Part shown: in pieces, positions 47,976 through 58,870 of the stretch | Position numbering within the stretch: the stretch's first letter is position 1 | Layout: every line of letters starts with the position of its first letter | DNA from: Candidatus Eremiobacteria bacterium | Lineage (GTDB): Bacteria > Vulcanimicrobiota > Vulcanimicrobiia > Vulcanimicrobiales > Vulcanimicrobiaceae | Direction of reading: 5' to 3' | DNA length: 64,000 nucleotides | Assembly (NCBI GenBank): GCA_963737065.1 | Contig: CAVTRC010000001.1 | Span: 704,001 to 768,000, forward strand | The notes under the pieces: model-generated | What the model saw: only the letters and a program-made list of their open reading frames with translations | What the model was told of the DNA's origin: nothing | Databases searched by the model: none | Translations under genes and position numbers: made by a program

Positions 47976-48895
47976 ATGTCCGTCAAGCATCCGATCATCG
48001 GCGTCACGGGATCGTCGGGCGCCGGCACTACGACCGTGCGAACGACGTTTTCGCAGATATTCCGGCGCGAACGGATTGCAGCAACGATTGTCGAGGGCGA
48101 CGCTTTTCATCGATATTCGCGCGAGGAGATGCGCCGGCAACTCGATGGCGCGCATGAGCGAGGCGACCCGCATTTCAGCCACTTCGGCCCCGAGGCCAAT
48201 CTCTTCGTCGAGTTGCAAGCGCTCTTTGAAAGTTACGCGCGTAACGGCTCCGGAAAGGTTCGCGCGTACCTGCATGACGAGAACGACGCGGCTCCATATC
48301 AGCAAGTTCCGGGAACGTTCACACCGTGGATGGATCTGGCACCCGGCGAGCGATCTGCTCTTCTACGAGGGCTTGCACGGCGCCGTGGTCACGGACAAGA
48401 TCGACGTCGCGCGCTACGTCGACCTGCTCATCGGGGTCGTGCCGTCGGTCAATCTCGAGTGGATTCAAAAACTCCATCGCGACAAGACGCAGCGTGGTCA
48501 CTCGCACGAGGCCGTCGTCGATACGATTCTGCGCCGAATGCCCGACTACGTGAACTATATCTGCCCGCAGTTTTCACGAACCGATGTGAACTTTCAGCGC
48601 GTTCCAATCGTCGATACGTCGAACCCCTTCGTCGCGCGTGCGATTCCGGCCGCGGATGAGAGTATGCTCGTTATCCGTTTCCGAAACCCGAAGAGAGATC
48701 GACTTTCCGTATTTGCTCGCGATGCTGCACGGTTCGTTTATGTCACGGCAGAACACGATCGTGTGTCCGGGCGGAAAGATGGACCTCGCGATGCAGTTGA
48801 TTTTCACGCCGATGATTCTGCAACTCATGGACCGCAAGAAGCGCATGTTGCCGCAGCCGATCCAAGGCGGGACGCGGGAACCGGTTCTTTCCTGA
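47976..48895 (+). CDS. prk: Phosphoribulokinase (CbbP), split by two +1 frameshifts
   Basis: MSVKHPIIGVTGSSGAGTT...PGTFTPW, shift at ~48345, SDLLFYEGLHG...NFQRVPIVDTSNPF, shift at ~48692, IDFPYLL...PGGKMDLAMQLI*. Confidence 0.92.
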
Positions 48896-48910
48896 TGTAA
48901 CGATAGGCCC

Positions 48911-49624
48911 GTGCGAACGTTCTCGGTACAACTTGCATCGACATGGAAACCGGAACGCTCCGCATTCGTAACGATCGTTATCGACGTCTTGCGCGCGACG
49001 ACGGTCATCGCTACGGCGCTTGCCAACGGCGCGACGCGAGTCGTCCCGACGATCGACATCAACGAAGCGCTCGCGTCACGGCAACGCTTCGGTCGCGACG
49101 TGGTTCTCGGCGGAGAACGGAACACTACTCGAATCGAGGGCTTCGACCTCGGCAACTCGCCCGCCGAATATACCGCGCGCCGAGTGAACGAAAAAATCGT
49201 CGTCCTGACCACGACGAATGGAACGCGCGCTATTCATGTCGCAGCACAATGTTCCGCGCAACTCTATACCGGCGCGCTCGTGAACGCGTCCGCAACCGCC
49301 GAGCGTGCGTGCACGCACGAACTTCCGATCGTTGCCCTCTGCGCCGGAACACAAGGCGAGTTCAGCTTGGAGGATTGGATTTGCGCGGGAGCTTTGGCCG
49401 ATGCGTGCGCGAAGAAAGGGCTCTCGCTCGACGATGCCGCAATCGCGGCGGCCGAATTATTCCGCGCTAAACGCACCGGCCTCTATCACGCGATCAGCGG
49501 CGGCAAACACGCCCAAATCCTCATCGAGAACGGCTTCGCAGGCGACGTCGAGTTCTCGGCCACGCTTGACCGTTACGATGTCGCTCCGGCTTTCGCCGGC
49601 GGCTCGCTGCAACGCGAGCGCTAA
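48911..49624 (+). CDS. comB: ComB-family (2-phosphosulfolactate/2-phospho-hydroxyacid) phosphatase
   Basis: VIDVLRATT, GGER, GFDLGNSP, LTTTNGT and FSLED motifs. 15 nt downstream of prk. Confidence 0.88.
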   Translation: MRTFSVQLASTWKPERSAFVTIVIDVLRATTVIATALANGATRVVPTIDINEALASRQRFGRDVVLGGERNTTRIEGFDLGNSPAEYTARRVNEKIVVLTTTNGTRAIHVAAQCSAQLYTGALVNASATAERACTHELPIVALCAGTQGEFSLEDWICAGALADACAKKGLSLDDAAIAAAELFRAKRTGLYHAISGGKHAQILIENGFAGDVEFSATLDRYDVAPAFAGGSLQRER

Positions 49625-50481
49625 GGGTGAAACATCGCGCGGAAGATGTATACGCCCGGGACGTCGCGGCAGAACGCGCGCGGCGCTTCGTACGTCGATA
49701 GACGGGCCGCGCGAAGAGCAGCGTCGTCGAACGCCTTGACGCCGGACGGCGCGTACACCCACGCACCGTCAAGCTCGCCCTTTGTGCCGACGGCGATTTC
49801 AATGAGCGACTGGTAGACTTGATCGATGTGATAGCCGACGGGCAAATCCGGCCTCATCGCTTCGCTCGCTCTTGCCGGCGCGAACGGCAGCGCGCAGTCG
49901 GTCGGGCCCGGAGCGCTCGCAATGACGGGGTGCAACAGCGGCGTACCGGGCGGCGGCGGTGTCGGCGCCGCGTCGGGATCCAAGGCAACGATGTCTTTCC
50001 CGATCGTCGTTTCCGGATGCTTTGGATCGTACTCAGAACCGGCGCACGCGTGCGATTGCGAATCCCAGCCCAAGGTGTGCTCGTCGGTGACGCGTGCATC
50101 ACTCACGAACGCCGCACGAACGACGGCCGGCGAAGAGAACGCCGCGAACAGCGCGGGCGACTCAAAATCCGTTCGAGTGAATACCGCCGACGGTCCTTCG
50201 AACCGTCGCGTGCGCGCGGTCAAATTCACGCCGTCGAATGGAATCTCGTACCAGCCGTCGTCGGTCTGCACGGAAATGTCACCCGAGACCGTGCGCGAAC
50301 TATTGGCCGACAATCGCACCGCGTACGTGGTTGCCGGCGTGCCGGTTGCGGCACCGACCGGCGTGAGGCTCGCCGAAGCTCCGCAGTACTCGACGATCGC
50401 GAGCGCACGTCCGTGCGCAGCGCCAACGAAAGCGAAAATTCCAGCAGCAAAAAGCGCAACACGAAACGCGCGATGATTCAT
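49621..50481 (-). CDS. Secreted protein with C-terminal TonB-like domain
   Basis: Signal peptide, Pro-rich linker, IEIAVGTKGEL...PSGVKAFDDAALRAAR. Confidence 0.65.
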   Translation of the reverse strand: MNHRAFRVALFAAGIFAFVGAAHGRALAIVEYCGASASLTPVGAATGTPATTYAVRLSANSSRTVSGDISVQTDDGWYEIPFDGVNLTARTRRFEGPSAVFTRTDFESPALFAAFSSPAVVRAAFVSDARVTDEHTLGWDSQSHACAGSEYDPKHPETTIGKDIVALDPDAAPTPPPPGTPLLHPVIASAPGPTDCALPFAPARASEAMRPDLPVGYHIDQVYQSLIEIAVGTKGELDGAWVYAPSGVKAFDDAALRAARLSTYEAPRAFCRDVPGVYIFRAMFHP

Positions 50482-50558
50482 CACGACCTTTTCCGCTCCC
50501 CCCGCAAAGGCAACCTGCCGGAAGGATTCACATTCGTGCAGGCGGACTACCAATCGTC

Positions 50559-51594
50559 GTGGCTATCAAAAAGCGAAACCGGCACAGCGCTTCTTCTTTA
50601 GAGCGGCGCGGGACTAAGCGACGAGCAACTCGTTGCGATCCTGCGAACGATGCTGATGCACCGTCGCTTGGAAGGTCGCGGCTTCGAACTGAATCGGCAA
50701 GGGAAGATTCCGTTCGCATCGGCCGGCGAAGGTCATGAAGCGGTTCAAGCCGGCGCGGCGATGGCGTTCGAGCGCGGCAAGGATATCCTCGTTCCGTACT
50801 ACCGCGATCTCGGACTCGACATCGGCATCGGGCTTTCACCGTTCGAGGTGCTGCTTTCACTTTTTGCGCGCGCTGGAGATCAATCCGGTGGGCGTCAATT
50901 TCCGCACCACTATGCGAGCAAAAGACTCGGCCTGTACTCGATCAGCTCCGTTCTTGCCGCGCAGCTCCCGCACGCCGTCGGCGCCGCGTATGCGCTGAAG
51001 TACCGCGAAGAAACCGGGCGGGCCGTGCTCGCAACCGTTGGCGACGGCGCGACGTCCGAAGGCGAGTGGCATGAGTCAATGAATTTCGCGGCGATCCACA
51101 AGCTACCGATCGTGTTCCTCTGCGAGAACAACGAATGGGCGATCTCGACGCCGCTCGCCAAGCAAATGGCGAATCAGAACATCTACGAGCGCGCCGAAGG
51201 TTACGGCATGCCGGGTGTCCAGGTCAACGGGTTCGATCCGATCGCCTGCTATGCGGTGGTGAAGGAGGCCATGGAGCGCGCGCGCTCGGGCGGCGGTCCC
51301 ACCTTCATCGAGGCGAAGTGTTACCGATTCCTCGCGCACACGACGGACGACGACGATCGTACGTATCGGAGCCGCGAGGAGGTCGCGGACCGGCGCAGGG
51401 ACGACCCGGTTCCCAACTTCCAACGCCTGCTCGTCGAACACGGTGTGCTGACGCCCGAGGGCCTTGAAGATTTGAAGCGTTCCGTCCTGACGGAGGCGAA
51501 CGAAGCCACGGACCGGGCGGAATCGATGCCGTATCCGGCTCCGCACGACCTCTACACCGATGTGTACGCGGATTCGTATCAGCCCTGGCGCTGA
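50559..51594 (+). CDS. 2-oxoacid dehydrogenase E1 alpha subunit (copy 1), +1 frameshift near the N-terminus
   Basis: GHEA, YYRD, the TPP motif GDGATSEG...ENN and HTTDDD. GTG 50559 joins the main frame via a shift at ~50610 (LERR/GLSDEQL, cf. paralog VDRHGLTDEQL). Confidence 0.9.
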
Positions 51595-51609
51595 TGCGCT
51601 GACGCGTGC

Positions 51610-51634
51610 TTCGTGGTTCGACAGGCTCACCATG
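51610..51634 (+). repeat. Short REP-like hairpin element between the two E1 alpha genes
   Basis: TTCGT-GG-TTCGACAGGCTCA-CC-ATG, sharing a 13-nt core with 26491-26515. Confidence 0.6.
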
Positions 51635-51653
51635 ACACGGGGAACGAAACAAC

Positions 51654-52680
51654 GTGGCTAAAACGGACGTAACGGCGAAGGGCGTAGATCGTCACGGGCT
51701 GACGGACGAGCAGTTGCAGCAAATCTTTCGGAACATGCTGCTGCAGCGTCAACTCGACAATCGCGGCTTTCAACTCAACCGCCAAGGCAAAGTGCCGTTC
51801 GCGCTCGGCAGCGAGGGACACGAAGCGCTGCAAGCCGGCGCGGCGATGGCGTTTCATCGCGGCAAAGACATCCTCGCGCCGTACTATCGCGATCTCGGTC
51901 TCGCGGTCGGCATCGGGCTCACGCCGTACGAGATCATGCTCTCGATCTTTGCGCGACGCGACGATCATAACGGCGGACGTCAGTTTCCGAATCACTATTC
52001 GTCGAAAGCGGCGGGCTTGATGTCGTTCTCATCGATTCTCGCTGCGCACATTCCGCACGCGATAGGCGCTGCATATGCATTGAAGTATCGCGGGGAAACC
52101 GGACGCGCGGTGCTCGTGACCTGCGGCGACGGCACCACGTCCGAAGGCGAATGGCACGAGTCGATGAACTTTGCGGCGATTCACTCATTGCCGCTCGTGA
52201 TGCTCGTCGAGAACAACGAATGGGCGATTTCGACGCCGCTTTCGAAGCAGATGGCGCAACCGGAAATTTGGAAGCGCGCGGCGGGATACGGCATGCCGGG
52301 CAAACGGTTCAACGGCTTCGATCCGATCGAAACGTACGCAAACGTGAACGAAGCCATGGAACGCGCACGCTCGGACGGCGGCCCGACCCTTCTCGAAGGG
52401 ATGTGTTACCGCTTCTTGGCGCACTCCACGGACGACAACGATATGACGTACCGCACGAAAGAGATCGTCGCCGAAGCGCGCAAGAACGATCCGGTGCCGA
52501 AGTTTCAAACGCTGCTGCGTCGAGGACGGCATCATGAGCGAAGCCGACGTCGACGCGATGAAAAAAGACGTGCTGCGCGAGACGAACGAGGCGACCGATA
52601 AAGCCGAAGCCGTTCCATATCCGCAAGCGTCAGATCTCTATAGCAATCTCTACGAGGGAGCCTGGCAGCCGTGGCAGTAA
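51654..52680 (+). CDS. 2-oxoacid dehydrogenase E1 alpha subunit (copy 2), +1 frameshift near the C-terminus
   Basis: GDGTTSEG...ENN and HSTDDND motifs. After ~52518 the +1 frame gives VEDGIMSEADVDAMKKDVLRETNEATD...YEGAWQPWQ*, matching copy 1. Confidence 0.9.
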
Positions 52681-53672
52681 CCGCCGGATCGAAAGTTCTT
52701 AATAATGTCGAGGCCGTACGCGAAACGCTGTACGAAGCGATGAAGAATGACGACCGCACGATCATTCTCGGCGAAGACGTCGGCGCTCGCGGGAATGTCT
52801 TTCTCATCACGAAGGATTTCATCAGCGAGTTCGGTCCGGACCGCGTCATCGACACACCGATCGCGGAAGCGTCCATCGTCGGTATCGCCGTCGGCATGGC
52901 GATGGAAGGCCTGCGCCCGATTGCGGAGATTCAATTCGCCGATTTCATCTATCCGGCGTTCAACCAAATCGTCGGTGAAGCGGCGAAGACACGCTATCGT
53001 TCGAACGGTGAATACACGTGTCCGCTCGTGATTCGGACGCCGTACGGCGGCGGGGTTCGCGGTGCGCTTTCGCACTCGGTCTCGATCGAAGCGTTGTTCT
53101 ACCACGTGCCCGGGTTGAAGATCGTTGCGCCGGCGTTTCCCGCCGACGTGAAGGGTTTGCTCAACGCCGCGATCGACGATCCCGATCCGGTGCTCTTTCT
53201 CGAACACAAGAAGACGTATCGTTTGATTAAGGGTGAAGTGCCCGAGGGTCACTACACGATTCCGATCGGCAAGGCGAACGTTCTCAAGGAAGGCGCTCAG
53301 CTCACCGTCGTGTCGTACGGGCTGTACGTACACTGGGCGCTCGAAGCCGCCAATCAATTGGAGAACGAAGGCATGTCCGTCGAAGTGATCGATCTGCGCT
53401 CCATCCGCCCGATGGATCGCACAACAATTCTCACGAGCGTCGAGAAGACGCGCAAACTGCTCGTCATCCACGAAGACAACAAGTTCGGCGGTATCGGTGC
53501 CGAGATTTCCGCGATGGTCGCGGAAGAAGCGCTCTTCTCGCTCGACGCGCCGATTCGCCGGCTCGCCGCGCCCGACGTCCCGGCGATGGGCTACGCGGAA
53601 CCACTCGAACACGAGTACATGTCGTCCCCGGCCGCGATGGCCGATGCAATGCGCGAGTTGGTGAAATTCTAA
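52671..53672 (+). CDS. 2-oxoacid dehydrogenase E1 beta subunit
   Basis: GEDVG, DTPIAE, EIQFADF, HSVSIE and IDLRS motifs. Confidence 0.93.
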   Translation: MAVTAGSKVLNNVEAVRETLYEAMKNDDRTIILGEDVGARGNVFLITKDFISEFGPDRVIDTPIAEASIVGIAVGMAMEGLRPIAEIQFADFIYPAFNQIVGEAAKTRYRSNGEYTCPLVIRTPYGGGVRGALSHSVSIEALFYHVPGLKIVAPAFPADVKGLLNAAIDDPDPVLFLEHKKTYRLIKGEVPEGHYTIPIGKANVLKEGAQLTVVSYGLYVHWALEAANQLENEGMSVEVIDLRSIRPMDRTTILTSVEKTRKLLVIHEDNKFGGIGAEISAMVAEEALFSLDAPIRRLAAPDVPAMGYAEPLEHEYMSSPAAMADAMRELVKF

Positions 53673-55094
53673 TGGCTACAACGATCACGATGCCGCAACT
53701 CGGCGAAACGGTTACCGAAGGCACCGTCGCACAGTGGCTCAAGAACGTCGGCGACACCGTTGAGAAGTACGAGCCGTTTCTCGAAGTATCGACCGATAAG
53801 GTCAATGCGGAAGTCCCCGCACCCGTGACGGGCGTTATCAAAGACGTGCTCGTGAAAGAAGGCGACACGGTCCCGGTCGGTACTGCGATTGCAGTCATCG
53901 AAGAAGTGGACGGCGCAACCGAAGCTGCGCCTGCAGCACAACCACCGTCGACGACTGAATCGATGGCCGCAAGTGCGAACGAAGAGCCCGTTCCCGGGTT
54001 CAACATTCCGCAATTGCCGACGAACCGGCAGCCGCGTCATCGGGTAACGGCCACACGCGCACGGGAACGGCGTGATTCCGAGTTCGTACGGCGCATCCGG
54101 CGGTCTCGAAGGCGCGGAGGACGCGCTTCGCAAGGCGTCGCCGGCGGTGCGCAAACTCGCGCGCGAGAACAACATCGACATTCGAGCGATCCGCGGAACC
54201 GGCACGAACGGACGCGTTACCGCGGAAGACGTCATGGCGGCGGCCGCAATGGGTCCGGCCGCGGCCGTCGGTCAAGCGATTGCGACCGGCACGAATTTCG
54301 GCGCAACGCCGCCGCCGTCGTTTGCAGCCTCCGCGCCGCCCGCGGCTCCCCCGCCGGCGCCGGCCGCGTCCGGTACATCGAGCTACGGCGCACCGATTCC
54401 CGGCACCGTTATTCCGCTCACGCAAGCGCGCCGCATCATCGCGGAACGCATGGTTGAATCGAAGCATACTGCGCCGCATGCGTGGTCGATGGTTTCGATC
54501 GACGTGACGAACGTGTGGAAATGGCGCGCTCGCGAAAAGGATCGCTTCGAACGCGAAACGGGATACAAATTGACGCTTCTGCCGTTCTTCATTCGCGCCG
54601 TGATCGAGTCGATATCGGTATTTCCCTTGATGAACGCAAAGTTTACGGCGGACGGGATCTACGTGAATAAAGACGTCAACATCGGCATCGCGATCGGTCT
54701 CGCGACAAACCTCGTCGTTCCCGTCATCAAGGGTGCCGATGCCTTGTCGATCAAGGGCCTCGCGATTGCGGCAGGCGAGTTGATCGATAAAGCGCGTCGC
54801 AACAAGCTCGGCGTGGACGATCTCGCGGGTGGAACGTTCACCGTGAACAACAACGGCGCGAACGGTTCATGGGCGTCCGCGCCGATCATCAACGGCGGTC
54901 AAGCCGGAATCGTTACGATGGAAACGGTAGAAAAGAAGCTGCTCGTGCGCGAAGACGATTCATTTGCTCCACGTTACGTGATGAACTCGTGCCTCTCGCT
55001 CGACCATCGCGTCGTCGACGGTTACGTCGCAAGCGGCTTCCTCGCCGACCTGAAGAAACGACTCGAAAAAATGGGCCCGGACGGCGCGCTCTAG
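53672..55094 (+). CDS. Dihydrolipoamide acyltransferase E2, net +1 frameshift in the linker
   Basis: Lipoyl domain ([18 protein letters not shown]), shift at ~54000-54070, then [10 protein letters not shown]...GTGTNGRVT and catalytic DHRVVDG. Confidence 0.9.
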
Positions 55095-55240
55095 TTGCGC
55101 GGCCGGCGAGCGTTACGTCGAACCGCGGTTCCGAGGTGCTCGACGACGCCACTAGGCCAGCGCCGCCCGACGTACGTACTTGAACCGACGTGTTTTCATC
55201 GATTGCAAAGGGAGATCGCGATTGCGATCTCCCGTCTGCG

Positions 55241-56581
55241 TTACGCTCCGGGGCGCGGAACGAGAGGCCCGATGAAGGGCCGGAAGCTCCGGTGCTGCAG
55301 CATTTGCCGACGCACGGCTTCCGGCAGAACGATGCGCGACGCACGCGCCGCCGCGGGTTTGAACGTACCGCTCGCCGGAATGAGTAGCACGGCCGGCATT
55401 GTGCCGCTGCTCGTGTCGTATGCCTGTCCGACGATCCAACCACGGTCGTTGATGTCGCCCGCGCTTAGCACGTAGAGCTGCGAAGAAGAAATAAGCAGAT
55501 TCAAGTCCGTCATTGCGCCGTTCTGCCAGATGAAACCACGGCATGTTCCGCCGGCATCACATGAATACCCGACCGTCTGATTGGTCTTGTTCACGCCCAG
55601 CGCTTCACTCAGAAGGTCGCCAGGCAACGTTCCGAGATCGCGTATTCCGCCATGCTTCCATTCGACGGCGTGATAGGTCGTGTTTCCACTGAGTGCTGAT
55701 TGTCCGACGATCTCGTCTCGATTATTGATCGCCGTCGCAATGTTTGCGGTCGTCCCGCCTAAGCTGCCGAGATCCGCCGGCGCGCCCACGCCATGCCAAA
55801 CCAGTGCATGCGCGGTACCATATCTGACATTGTTCGGCGGCCCGCAGGGGCCCGATGCGCCTACGGCTGCGCCCGCATCATTGATCGCAACGGCTTGCGA
55901 GACCGCATCACCGTGCAGCGGTTCGAGATCTCGCGGCCGGCCGTCGCGTTCCCAAATAGCACCATCGTAATCGAGGACCTGCGGCGCACCACACGTCGAA
56001 TCCCGAGCGGGCTTTTCTGCGAAACCCGCGATGCGCCCGGATTGATTGACGGCGGCCGCAAACGAGTTGTCACCGCCAAGCGGCGCGAGCGGTGTCATCA
56101 CGTTGTTCTTCCACTTAAAACCGGCGCAGAGATTCGGCGATCCTGTTCCGCAAAAGTTTTCCGCCAGCGGATCGGTCTGCGCGATGTCAGAAAAGCCGGC
56201 TATTTCACCGCGATCGTTTTTCACCGGCCATCCGACCTCGCTGTTCGGACCGCCGAGCGTTCCCAAATCGACGATGTGGCCGTCAACCCAAATGACGGCG
56301 TGAAAGGCGGCGTCTCCGCTAATCCTTGAAAGTCCGCCGACCCAGCCACGATTGTTGATGCTATTGGCTGCGCTTGCGCTACCGCCTAGCGTGCCGAGAT
56401 CGACGACATAGTAATGCGTAATGGTCTTGCTTTGATCGGCGGCGATCGAACGCGAAACGTTCGAAGCGTGTTCGCCCGCCGGCGCGAATGAAGACGGCGC
56501 GCCGCCTCCACTACATCCAGCGATGACGGCCGCGGCGACACCTACGTAAGCGCGCCGAGCCAAACGCCAATTCATACTCAT
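55241..56581 (-). CDS. HAF-repeat extracellular lipoprotein
   Basis: Lipobox IAGC and repeated DLGTLGG..S.A..IN..G..VG / HA..W units. Confidence 0.85.
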   Translation of the reverse strand: MSMNWRLARRAYVGVAAAVIAGCSGGGAPSSFAPAGEHASNVSRSIAADQSKTITHYYVVDLGTLGGSASAANSINNRGWVGGLSRISGDAAFHAVIWVDGHIVDLGTLGGPNSEVGWPVKNDRGEIAGFSDIAQTDPLAENFCGTGSPNLCAGFKWKNNVMTPLAPLGGDNSFAAAVNQSGRIAGFAEKPARDSTCGAPQVLDYDGAIWERDGRPRDLEPLHGDAVSQAVAINDAGAAVGASGPCGPPNNVRYGTAHALVWHGVGAPADLGSLGGTTANIATAINNRDEIVGQSALSGNTTYHAVEWKHGGIRDLGTLPGDLLSEALGVNKTNQTVGYSCDAGGTCRGFIWQNGAMTDLNLLISSSQLYVLSAGDINDRGWIVGQAYDTSSGTMPAVLLIPASGTFKPAAARASRIVLPEAVRRQMLQHRSFRPFIGPLVPRPGA

Positions 56582-56734
56582 GGTTAGGCTCCTTTGCTCG
56601 CCCGAAGCGACTCTTGCCCGAGCATTTTGCGGATTGCGCCGCTCGCCGCCGCGTTCCCGAATGGCAGTTTTTCGTTGATGAGAGTTCATGCGACGCGGGG
56701 TCACGGCAAGACGCCATGTTGCGTTTGGCATGGT

Positions 56735-58390
56735 GTGAACAGTCTGGAACGCAGCATCCGCCGCTTACTTCGAAGACTGTCCGACGGTTCCGATCCGCCT
56801 GTTACCTCTGCGTTTGCGCAGCGATTCCAACGTGCGTTCAAAGCGCGGAATCCGCGCTTAGCGTTCGAACGAGCCCTATCGGAAGCCGTGAAGGGCTGTG
56901 ATCCGCAGCGCGCGCGCACGCTCAGGGGCGCGTTGGACGGAACAGGGTGCCGCGGAATGAGCGAACGCAGTTACTATCGAGCAAAGAAAGATATCGTAGA
57001 ACGGTTGGCGGTGGTCGTTGCGGCGCGGCTCGTGCCGGTGAACCGCAGTGCGGCAGTCGCACAAGCAACGGAACCGGCTCCTATCGCGCTGCCGATGGTC
57101 GACCGCCTCATGCCGGAGACGATACGTCTAGAATCCTACTGCGGAACCGATCGCGCTCGCGCGCTTTCTGCAGCGGCCTTGTGTGCCGAAATGGACGCGG
57201 ATCAGACGCGTGCCGACACGTTCATAACCGCGGCGGCCGGCCACGTTCGCAACCAGTTCGGCGGTTTCGACGTGGCGGCAGCGTTCGAGGTCGCGCAAAA
57301 CGCGTTTTTTATCGCACGGTGCCGCGGTGATCTTGTTGCGATGCGAGCCGCCTTACGAACGATGGCGCGTTTTCGCGAGCGTTTGAGCGCAGAAGCAAGG
57401 GTCAAATTCTCGCTCGACTGCAGCGAGGTGTTTCTCTACGAAGGCCGTCTGCGCGATGCCGCGCTGGAGCTGCAGGTCGCGGATCTACATGCGTCCACCT
57501 GCAAAAGCACGCTATTGCAGTCGATCGCGCTGGTTCGCCGGGCGCAGATATCGCTGTTGACGCAAGACTTGCACGGTGCCGAAGAAGCCGGCGCCGGCGC
57601 ATTGTACGTCGCCCGTGCGCATGCCGATATCCGCGTTTATGCTGCAGAAGTGCTCGGCCGTTCGGCGCTTCAAACGGGAAGCGCGTGGTCAAGCGCCGGG
57701 CTGGAAGAATGCCGGAGCGTATTTCACTCCCTTAACGTCCGCACCGTTCTCGCGCGTCACCAACTGCGCAACGCGCGCATGGAAGTCGCGGCGCAAACGG
57801 CGCACGACGCTTTCGATATGGCGATCCGCCTTCGATATTGGCACCTTGCAAGCCGGGCGGGATCGACTCTCGCGTTATGCCTTACGTCAAACGAGGCGCG
57901 TCCGTGGATCAGCGAGGTGCTCCGCTTACATCTGCGCGCCAAAAAGCAAAACGCGTACATGGGAGCAGATTTGTTCGATGGCGATGCGCGGGGCCGGCGT
58001 TTGCTGCGCGAATTTTTATTCACTGAAGACGCAGTACGCGCGATCGCACAAACGCATCTCGAGCGCTTCCCTGATTCGGCGTTGGCCACGCATGGGGCGT
58101 CGTTCATCGCGCGGTTAACCGAGTTCATTCTGCGCGGTGCGACCGATCCGTCGGCTCATCCGTCTCCGACCTTCGCGAGTGCAGCAAAGCGGTTTTCCCA
58201 GCAAACGTCGCTTCCGGAATTCGAGCGGGAAGTACGACGGCTCGGTAACCTCGTCGGCGCGCTCGCGACGCTTCTACCGCGCGACGATCGCGGACCGTTC
58301 ATCGCTGCCTGTCGACGGCAAACGCGCGACGCGGAGCGCGCGATGCGGCGGTCGTTCGCGCGCTATCACTGGACGGCGCTACGGTATTAA
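56735..58390 (+). CDS. Hypothetical helical-repeat protein with possible N-terminal HTH
   Basis: GMSERSYYRAKK resembles a recognition helix; the remainder is Ala-rich and TPR-like. Start uncertain. Confidence 0.55.
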   Translation: MNSLERSIRRLLRRLSDGSDPPVTSAFAQRFQRAFKARNPRLAFERALSEAVKGCDPQRARTLRGALDGTGCRGMSERSYYRAKKDIVERLAVVVAARLVPVNRSAAVAQATEPAPIALPMVDRLMPETIRLESYCGTDRARALSAAALCAEMDADQTRADTFITAAAGHVRNQFGGFDVAAAFEVAQNAFFIARCRGDLVAMRAALRTMARFRERLSAEARVKFSLDCSEVFLYEGRLRDAALELQVADLHASTCKSTLLQSIALVRRAQISLLTQDLHGAEEAGAGALYVARAHADIRVYAAEVLGRSALQTGSAWSSAGLEECRSVFHSLNVRTVLARHQLRNARMEVAAQTAHDAFDMAIRLRYWHLASRAGSTLALCLTSNEARPWISEVLRLHLRAKKQNAYMGADLFDGDARGRRLLREFLFTEDAVRAIAQTHLERFPDSALATHGASFIARLTEFILRGATDPSAHPSPTFASAAKRFSQQTSLPEFEREVRRLGNLVGALATLLPRDDRGPFIAACRRQTRDAERAMRRSFARYHWTALRY

Positions 58391-58440
58391 ACGTTGCCTT
58401 ACGCCATTTGCCCGTAAGACGCCGAGCCGATCGGTCGTCG

Positions 58441-58869
58441 TCATTGTTCCAACAACCGCTGAAGCGCTTCGAAACTCGTTTCCCAACCGATGCGATTTGC
58501 ATCGCACATTTCTTGGGTCGAAGAACCGTCGTGATGCAAGGTGAGGCGCGTCCCGCGTTCCGTCGGTTCCAATTCGTACGAAACCGTTGTAACGAACGGT
58601 TTACCGACAAGCTGCCATGTATGCACGAGCTTCTTCGGCGCGTCGATCTCGACGTATTCGCCCTCGATCGCGTACGGGTTTCCGCGCGCAATCCCCGATA
58701 TGCGCCACTTACCGCCGGCACGGACGTCGCCGCTCCATTCGCGAGTATCGAAGACGCCGGGACGTACCCACCATTGCGTAATCTCGGACGAAGTCAGGGC
58801 GCTGAAGACACGCTCGGGCGATGCCGGCAACTCCACCGTAGCGACCGCATCGAATGATGCTGCGTTCAT
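58441..58869 (-). CDS. SRPBCC (AHSA1-like) domain protein
   Basis: PERVFSALT...WW, GEYVEIDAPKKLVHTW and GW motifs. Confidence 0.88.
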   Translation of the reverse strand: MNAASFDAVATVELPASPERVFSALTSSEITQWWVRPGVFDTREWSGDVRAGGKWRISGIARGNPYAIEGEYVEIDAPKKLVHTWQLVGKPFVTTVSYELEPTERGTRLTLHHDGSSTQEMCDANRIGWETSFEALQRLLEQ

Positions 58870-58870
58870 C

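Noticed and set aside
47566..48900. 444-aa ORF overlapping fbp and prk
   Set aside because: Only its middle part is real (the second prk segment); the rest is off-frame.
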